Assembly (NCBI GenBank): GCA_964016885.1
Contig: OZ024743.1
Coordinates: 336,350,001-336,414,000, forward strand
Source of the DNA: Eledone cirrhosa
Taxonomy: Eukaryota
Length of the DNA stretch: 64,000 nucleotides
Direction of reading: 5' to 3'
Position numbers and translations under genes: made by a program. This document shows, piece by piece, positions 55,443 to 64,000 of the stretch. Each line of letters begins with the position of its first letter. The stretch's first letter is position 1. The notes under the pieces are model-generated. The model saw only the letters and a program-made list of their open reading frames with translations, ran no database searches and had not been told where the DNA came from.

Positions 55443-56162
55443 CAGGTTGTTCTCGACTGTTACTGGTAACATGTAACTCAGTAAAACCTGTCTCATGGTC
55501 GGGTCGTTGGCGACTGAACCGGCAACCCCACCAAGGAGCGTGATATTTGGAAACCTTGCGGGATGAAATACAAGACCCTGCAAAGGTTGGAGAAACTCAG
55601 CACAGTCAACGGCCATCCAAAGTGTATATATATGTATATATATATTTTTTTTTGTGAGAGCTGTCGTATTTTCCTTGGCAAACAGTTGCACCGAAGATAT
55701 GTGTCGTCAGTTCCAAAAAGTCTGGTTAGTTCACCACATAAAACAAAACTGTGTATGGATAGTTCAACATCAGTTCACTTTCTCACATTTCCACCGGTCT
55801 TTTGCGTGATTGAAATATCTCATGAGACACCGCCATCCAAAGGGCTGTACATTTGTTGGACACTCATACGTCGGATATCGAGGGGAGAGTCCATCATATA
55901 TATCACTCAGTCAAAACGATCAACGTTCAACGAACACCAACATCTACAACAACAACAGCAGCAGAACGAACACCAACACCAATATCTACAACATCTACAA
56001 CAACAGTGGCATCAAACGATAAAAGGCCAAACAACAACATCAACTGCCACCACCACCACTCGGTCAACGATCAGACCTTATGAAAACAACAACGATAAAT
56101 CTAAACAGCAACACACTAACAGCTTCAATTGTACCAAAAGACAACAGTTGCCACATCTATAG

Positions 56163-56352
56163 TATTAATAATTGTTTCTACTTTTGGCACAATGCCAGCA
56201 ATTACTCCAGTGTATTACTGGTACTTTATTTTATCGACCCCGTAAGGATGGAAGGCAAAGATAACCTCGGCGGGATTTGAACTCAGAATGTAAAGGGGCG
56301 TAACTCTATGCTGTAACGCATGGTGCCCGATCCGCTACCGATACTGCCAATC
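56163..56352 (-). mobile_element. tRNA-derived SINE
   Basis: Reverse complement of the 5224 family. Confidence 0.85.
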
Positions 56353-56359
56353 ATGACAG

Positions 56360-56398
<39 letters not shown>

Positions 56399-56824
56399 AG
56401 TGGCGTATGTGTGTTTGTTTGTATGCATGAGTGCTTGTGTGTGTGTGTATGTGAGTGAGTGTGTGTGTGTGTCGTATGTATGAGTGTCACTAAATGAGAA
56501 GAAAACTTTTTTTTTCATGCACGGGGACATAGAAATGATTGGGCTGGATACGCGATCGCGCAGTTAAACAATTGAGAGTGAAGGACCCCTAGCCTTTGTC
56601 AAGGCATTCTTCTAGGAGAAGGCAACTCAGGAAACTGGGATAATTCTGACATAAAACCTGTGGCTCGGTAGTTACCGATGATGTTGATGCTTTCTTCTTT
56701 TCGGATTATAGATACGGTCGCTCAGAGAGTGGGATTGGCTCAGTGCACAGTCTTTCCTCAATTTAAAAATAATCTTCACGCACAGGCATTGCACGATAGC
56801 ATTAATTAATAGTGTTATTAATAT

Positions 56825-57012
56825 GGCGGTGGATTGGCAGTATCGGTAGAGGGTCGGACGCCTTGCTTTCCAGCATAGTTACGTGCCTTTACGATCTGAG
56901 TTCAAATCCCGCCGAGGTTGACTTTGCCTTGCATCCTTACGGGGTCGATAAAATAAAGTACCAGTAATGCACTGGGTAATTGCTGGCCTTGTTCCTAAAG
57001 TAGAAACAATTA
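56825..57012 (+). mobile_element. tRNA-derived SINE with TSD
   Basis: attaattaatagtgttatta on both sides (about 56801-56820 and 57010-57029). Confidence 0.9.
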
Positions 57013-57246
57013 ATTAATAGTGTTATTATTATTATTATTATTGGTCTAAGCGGATGTATTTTGCTCCTTCACAGTAAGTCGCTTTATTTGCCTGTTAAAA
57101 TTATTTGTTGTTAAATATTTCTTGTTGTGTAAAGGATATAAGCCCTTAGACTTTACGCTGTGAAGGGGAAAGTATAATATTTGGGCCTTTTGGCCCAAAT
57201 ATTTGAACTTTTTTACATGTTAAAAAATTTAGGAAGAAAAAAAAAC

Positions 57247-59200
57247 ATGCCTGAGCCACGCCCCCCAGCGATATGTCGGCTGTCGTGCGACAACGACGTA
57301 GAAGTTGAGAGGAGCGCTACAGCGAAATTAACACACATTGATAACACAAACACCACCACAAACAAGGTAAACAAAGACACCAATGATACCAGTAAGAACT
57401 CTAATTTTGAAAAAAATGACAGTAACAGCGACAAAGAAAATACAGATAACAAAAAAAAAATAACAAATACAACAATATCAACACCACTAACATGAAAACA
57501 AATAGCGACAACACCAACAGCAACAATACCAACTGCACCGAGAACAACGGTGACAACAATGATAACAGCGACAGTGCTAACAACAACACCAACAAGAACA
57601 ACATCATCAACACCCCCAACGAAAACAAGACCACTTTCGCTGCGGCAGCAGCAAAAAAGAGGCCATGCTTCAACATGGACCTCTCAAACAAAGATGAAAA
57701 GTTGGGCCAGGCATGGAAGCTCATCAAGCAAGAACAAACTTGGGCCAACGTAACTCTCCCGGTAGAAGCTATTGAGGCAGTGGAGCGCAGAACGGTGCAT
57801 TATAGATGCATCTCAGCACAAACCAAAAGGGCAGCGTTAATCCCACAAGAAGATGTCGAAGTCGCTCTGAGGTGCATCAGAGAAGACACCCAGTACATAG
57901 AGAGGGGCAGACAGTACGGCACCATTTCGGTGTTGTTCAAGTCAGAAGCCCTCGCTATGAAACACGCTATGACTCCTTGCAAAACCAGCAAGGTCATAAT
58001 GTACCACTCCCACATGGGAAAAATAACAGCCCGTCTCCGCATTCCCAGAATCCCACCAGGACTTGACATGTGGTGGGTTCTGGGATGTGTGATTGTGGAG
58101 AGGACGGCTACAGTCCCTATAGAAGGGACCAGAACGGCCAGAGAGGATTGGTCCGGGGTTGACCTGGAGATCCTTCTCCAGATCAGGCCCGAGAATGTGA
58201 AGACAATCCCAGACCACATCCGCCTTCAGAATGGGACTGTCATTCACATTATGACCGAAGGCAAAAGGCCGCAGTGTTTTGTTTGTGGGGAAAAAACCCA
58301 TTTGCGAGCCTTCTGCCCTCAACTGCTGAAAGAGGCAAGGGGTCGAAAGGATACACTGCTGCAGACGCTGGGGAGAGGACCACAACCAACACCTGCACCG
58401 GCAAAACCACCAACAACAACACCAATAGAAAGACCACTACCAACATTGACCACCCAGGGGGGAAACGAGGAAAGCTGTCAAATTCCCCCTCCCCCCAAAA
58501 ATACACACACCAATAAAACCTTAGACATACATACAGACACACTTACAGACACAGACCCCTCATCTACCAGTAGTGAAAATGAGGGAAATCCAAAATCCCC
58601 CAAAATACAAAAAAAGGAAACACAAATAGAAAAAAAAACTCAACAAAGCACAAAAGTACCCACAATAAAAAACGCAGACACCACCCACGCAAACATCTCT
58701 CCAATAACACCAACATCAACACCACCATCACCATCACCGGAATTCCCCAAACGCAAACAACCGAAACAGACGCAGTACTCACAAACATCTGAAACACAGA
58801 CACAGTACTCACAACAAACAAAGATACAACCGAAACAACACCACCAAAATCATCACCACCACAGCCACGCAAACAAATAAAATCTCACCAACAAAACATA
58901 CAAAACTTCGTGCTCGTCAGGAGGGCCAACAAGGAACTGATGGCCCTCGTAGCACGAAGTGAAAATATACAAAAAGAGGGGGAAATTGTTAAATCGAGTA
59001 CATTTCGCGTGCCGGAAGATTTGGTTCTGGTGCGAATATCGCTCGACATATTCAAAGAAATACGAGACAGCTTTCCTCGGGACGTGGGAACCCCGAACGT
59101 AAAACCCACTTCAAGACTTTTAAAGGGGTTCCCAAAAGAAACCCCACCAACTATGGAGGTCGAACAACCCGACCTTCACAAGAGCCCGGAAGGTAAGTAA
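57247..59200 (+). pseudogene. LINE ORF1 (gag-like), frameshifted
   Basis: CFVCGEKTHLRAFC (CX2CX4HX4C); Asn/Thr-rich N-terminus; Pro/Gln-rich C-terminus. Confidence 0.8.
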
Positions 59201-59229
59201 ACCTTCCTCTCTCTCTGTTTAACCTGCCA

Positions 59230-62200
59230 ACATGGCCGTATAAGAGTAGGATGTTTAAATGTTCGAGGCCTGGGATCATCCTGGAAGCAGGGTCACCTGC
59301 TCAACGACCTCAGGTCTATAGAAATGGATGTAATTGCAGTCAGCGAGACCAGGATTTCCGACACACGCGCACTAGCCCACATTTTCGACGACTATCAGAT
59401 CTTTGCATCTATTAGCCGGCCGGGAATGGGAGGCGGGGTGGCAGTGCTGTTTAGGAAAGGCCTGGATCTCGAGGTAAGATCGATCTTCCGGGACCCGGAC
59501 GGGAATTTGGTGGTCCTGGACGTGAACAATAACAAAGGTGGTGCCTTTAGACTGGTGGCCGTCTATGCTCCTACTGGGGCAGGACGGCCGGACTTCTTTA
59601 GACGCCTGGAAGCCTTTCTGGGTACGTCTCGCCCTTTACTGTTAGTGGGGGACTGGAACGGCATCTTAGACGCACGCTGGGACTGTGCGGGAGTATGCGA
59701 TAGGAGCGGGGTGTGCAAAAGCCTCAAGAACCTGATCAGCCAGTTCCAACTGTCTGAGAGGTACCGACTAGATTTCCCTAATGCGCCAGTGTGGACCTGG
59801 GCTAACCGCATAGGGTCATCTAGATCGTATAGACAGGATATTCATTAGGAAAATAGACAGAAATAGTGTAAGCTGTCCACGTTTTGAAACGGTCGCCTAT
59901 TCAGATCACAAGTTTGTGATCTGTATGGTCGAGCTAGATAAGACGCGTAGGTTAGGACCTCGTTACTGGAGGCTAAACTTGTCATTTCCGGCACGTAAGG
60001 CTTACAGGGACCAGGTCAACAATTTAGTTCAGAAAAAGTTGACAGGGGGAGTCGTCAACAATAGATGGTGGGGGGCTCTCAAAAGAGAGATTAGAGTAAT
60101 GTCGATAGAGTTTAGCAAAGAGGAAGCATTAGAGAAAAATAGAAAGGAGGGGGAGTTGGTAGATAAGTTAGACGAAGCTATTGGTAGTTTCATTGCAACT
60201 GATGTGCTAGCGGCGAGAATGGCATTAGACCATTTCTTCAATTCGAAACACGAAGGTTGCATTGTCAGAGCTAAGGCGCGTGCTCTGAGAAACGAGTGAA
60301 CCAAAGCTGTTCGATGGGCCCGCGTGGCAGAGGCGCAGCGTGGTAATAAAACCACGATTCGGTCTTTGACGGACCGAGACGGGCACGAGGTGGACGATTC
60401 CAAGAGGATGTGTGAGGCCTTTCGCCAACATTTTGCTCGGTTGTTCGGGGGAACTGGCGGGTCAGAGATGGTGGCGGACTTCAGTCCCTACCTCGATGGC
60501 TTGCCGCAACTCTCGACGGCTGAAGCTGGGTGCTGCGAAAGGCCAATTACTTCAGCCAAGATTCAGGATGCCCTTGTAGGCTGCATGAGGCGCAAGTCAC
60601 CCGGTTTGGATGGTCTGCCCTACGAGTTTACGTAAATATGCCAGACTTGTTCTCCAATCTCCTCGAAGCCCTCTACTGCAACTGGCAGCAAAACGGGAGT
60701 ATTCCCAGTTCTGTGAGCCGGGGCGTAGTGACGCTGATAAGGAAAGACGAGAACAAGAGGGACACATTAGACAATTTCAGGCCCATAACTCTGCTCAACA
60801 CAGAGTTTAAGATTTTGGCCAGGGTGTTAGCGAAGAGGTTGGCGCTTGTCGTCGGGGATTTGGTTGAGGAGGCGCAAACTTGGCAACATTCCAGATGCCA
60901 GTTACCCAGTCTCGGTCTTTTCTTGACCCAAGACTGCAACTCAGTCAAAGAAACGAGCTGCGGAAAGGCCCGTCTGACAAACGGCGACCACACCAGTTCA
61001 CCGTTTAGGCAGAATATCTGGAGATGCCGCAGCCTCAGCGCGTGCCTGCGCATCATTATCCATGGCATGCCCAGCCCTCCACGTAGAGGGTGCTGGCAGC
61101 AGATGGACCGCCTCACCAGCGGAACCTGACCCCTCCTCAAGAATTTGAAGAGGAGCCGCTCCAAGATGGCGAGGCGCGAACGGGGGCAAGGGACGACAGT
61201 CAGACGATAGTAGATGACGGACGCGATGTACGCGTCCGCCACCTCCGCCCGACCTTTCAGTGATAGCTTCATCCCAGCCAATTTCTGGGTGAGACTGGCT
61301 ACCCTGCCCGTCACCTCGTCCAAATTCTTATCCACCTGGAGGTCTGGCCCGAACCAAACCCCCAGCAACTTTACCGGTTCGTCCGTCCAGCGCCTAACGA
61401 CGCTATTGGACGGCATGGACTTGCTTCTCCAGGTGCCGATTTGCAAGCCCACCGACTTTTCCGGGTTAAGTTTTGCTCCCGTCAACCTTTCATATTCCTC
61501 CAATAAGTTGCCGACCACCTCGATTTCTGAGGTGTACGACACCATCACGGTGATGTCGTCCGCATAAGCCGACACAGCCTTTCCGCGTCCCGGTTCGAGC
61601 GGGATGCCCTGCAACAGCTCCAGCTTCCGCAGTAAAGGCTCGAGAGTCAATACGTACAGAAGGGAGGAGAGAGGGCACCCTTGACGGACCGATCGGGAGA
61701 CCTGAAACGCCCTCTACCAGGCGGGCAATGCGGTCAGTGGAACTTCCACTCTCGAGTTCTATAGAGGATTAGTAGTGGGCAAGTGCGACGACGCACTCGG
61801 AGAGGCTCTGGGAGTCAACGAAGTCGAACTAACCAGTCTGTACCGGAGGACTTTCGAGCCGGGGACGATGGATAATTTCCAAAAATCCCTCGCTTGGCAG
61901 TGCTACCGGAGGGCACTGCCGGTTCGAGATAAACTCTACAGGCACGGAAGTGCTGTCAGACAGACCTGCCCGAGATGCGCGCAGAGCGACGAAACCGTTC
62001 TGCACGCAATCGTCCAGTGTCCGTGCATTACTGACTTGTGGAGTTATGTTGAACAGCTGTTGTCGCGTGTAGAACGGATCCGGCTATCGGCCAAGTCCAT
62101 AGTGAAGATCGACCCGCCGCCTTCTTTTGGCCAGGAAGGGCAGGCAATTCTCCTATGTCTGGTGGCAGTAGCGAAAGGGGTTGTATGGTGGACGAGGTTG

Positions 62201-62382
62201 AAAGGACTGAAGACAGACACTTTTCTCTTCGGCCAATCCCTCATCAACTTTTTCAGGTTTCACTTGTAAAGGAAGGTGAGGGTGGAGAGAGAAGTGCTGC
62301 CCCCCAGTACATTTGCTGAAAGGTGGGCGAATGTGGCGAGAATGGCCCGTGAGAGTGGGCCTACTCTGGTCATACGGCTGTA
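59230..62382 (+). pseudogene. LINE ORF2 (APE endonuclease, RT, C-terminal CCHC); segment about 60881-61708 inverted
   Basis: GCLNVRGL, VSET, VYAP, GDWN, SDH, KSPGLDG, FRPITLLN; minus strand VRQGCPLS..AYADD; CPRC..ETVLH..C. Confidence 0.92.
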
Positions 62383-62884
62383 GGTAGGTAAATTTGAAGA
62401 GGAGAGGGGTGCTCTTCCAGGGTGCTCTCGAAGCGTCGTGTCGTTCAGGACTGGTGGGGTACCTGAGCGAACCCTAGGTGGTCATCCCCCCTATTGGGGA
62501 ATTTTTTCTTGTTGTAATTTTATTGTTACTTTATTGTTACTTTGTTATTGTTACTTTGTTTATTCATATTGTTTATTCGATTTTTCTGTAAAACCCCACT
62601 GTCCCAGTCTTTTGTATTGTCCCCTATATGTCGGCCCTTGTGGCCAATAAATGAAATCATTATTATTATTATTATTTTCTTCTACTGAATTGCTGGCTGT
62701 AGTCTTAAAAAGTAACCAATTCAATAAAGTTGCAAAGCAGTATAAAAGATATAATTGACAATAAGGGCTCTGGAACAAAAGATATAATTGGCAATAGGGG
62801 CTCTGGAACCACACCAGATGAAAGGGCCTGGCCCGGCAGGGGCCCTGGGTATCACATCCTGGGCCCGCCCGTCATTGTGCCACT

Positions 62885-64000
62885 ATGATAAAACTAAACA
62901 AAACATTGAATATTGGCTGTTGGAACGTACGGACGCTGCTTGACAGGGATTTCTCCGGACGTCCTGAACAAAGGAGCGCTCTTGTTGCAAAGGAGCTTCG
63001 TCGTTACGATCTTTACATCATTGCTTTATCCGAGACGAGGTTAGCTGGAGATGGTTATCTTACAGAATTTTGTGGAAAATATACTGGAAAGGGAGAGATG
63101 AAGGAATAAGAAGAGAGCAGAGGCTGGGGTAGCATTTGCTGTTAAGACTGTTCTTGCAGATAAATTGGAAGAATTCCCAGTAGGGATGAGTGTGCGTCCT
63201 ATGAGAATTCCGCTTGACAAAGGAAGATATGACCCTGGTGAGTGTGTATGCTCCAGCGATGAATTCTGTTGATGAGGTAAAAGTGTCTTTCTACCAAAAT
63301 ATCCCTCAGGCAGACAAGGTTATCGTGCTTGGTGACATTAATGCTAGATTGGGTAGTGATTTTAACACATGGAATGTAATCAGAAGGCATGGCGTTGGAA
63401 AATGTAACAGCAATGGTATGCTCCTGTTGCAGATGCGTGAGGAGCTGGATCTGTGTGTTACCAACACCATGTTCCAACAAAAGAACAAATTTAAGATCAC
63501 ATGGATGCACCCTGCATCTAAAGAATGGCATCTTTTGGACTACGTCCTTATCAGCGTCCATGAGAGACGGGATATGCAGTGTGTCCGTATTCTTTGTGCG
63601 GCTGAGTGTTGGACGGACCACCGCCTGGTGCGTGCAAAAGTGAAACTAATCACTAAACGTAAAATCCGGGCTCCTGGTGTTACCCAGCCAAGAAGAGTGA
63701 ATGCTGGATATTTTAGAAATAATAGTGTGAAGAGGACATTGTGAGAAGAGATGCTTGTTGCAGATTTTGGTGAGGCTGGAGTAACTCTTAAAAAGTCGGT
63801 TTATGATGTAGGCAGGCGTGTTCTGGGTTTAGTGCAGAGAAATCATCAAGACTGGTTTAAAGAAAATGATGAACATATAGATGAATTGTTGACTGATAAG
63901 AGGCGTGCTCTGTCACGCTACTTGGCAGCAAAGCCACAAGAGAAGAATATATTACATAAGGAACTCAAGGATGTGAAATCACGTGTGAGGTGGAGGCTTT
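62885..64000 (+). pseudogene. 5' part of an RTE LINE (APE endonuclease), disrupted; runs off the window
   Basis: IGCWNVRTL, ALSETR, GVAF, SVYAP, LGDINAR, TWMHP..WHLLDY, WTDH. Confidence 0.92.

Larger units (their letters stand above)
57043..62676 (+). mobile_element. Near full-length Tx1/L1-like LINE with internal inversion
   Basis: ORF1 with zinc knuckle; ORF2 APE-RT-CCHC; AATAAA near 62646; (ATT)n at both ends. Confidence 0.9.

Noticed and set aside
55563-56162. 199-aa Gln/Thr-rich ORF
   Set aside because: Built from (CAA)n-like low complexity and TE debris; no domain evidence
56560-56760. Segment with CTAGGAGAAGGCAACTC, reminiscent of RTE 5' UTRs
   Set aside because: Only a short remembered motif; boundaries and identity cannot be supported without a search

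Overview
AT-rich eukaryotic (animal) DNA with no recognisable host gene. The SINE family and repeat style resemble cephalopod/octopus genomes (inference). The window is a nest of transposable elements embedded in (TA)n, (TG)n and (ATT)n microsatellites. It holds about 10 decayed coding fragments of Penelope-like elements (PLEs; motifs DKT, MGSxDSA, GxYRDD, CxC..CPL..C linker and GIY-YIG, resembling the Naiad group) plus many non-coding pseudo-LTR (pLTR) derivatives. It also holds a near full-length Tx1/L1-like LINE with an internal inversion, RTE fragments, a CRE-like fragment, the 3' end and LTR of a Gypsy-type element, three non-autonomous Helitrons and about 10 tRNA-derived SINEs. The main signal, invisible in the ORF track, is about 30 type I hammerhead ribozyme (HHR) motifs found by hand on both strands, from many unrelated families. 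These include a near-identical 310-bp x3 tandem array with one HHR per unit (a retrozyme/circular-RNA candidate), other HHR-bearing tandem units (about 350, 675, 760 and 1850 bp), and MITE-like fold-back mini-elements. Most short ORFs are microsatellite artefacts. Coordinates were read by eye and may be off by a few bases. No ribozyme activity has been tested.
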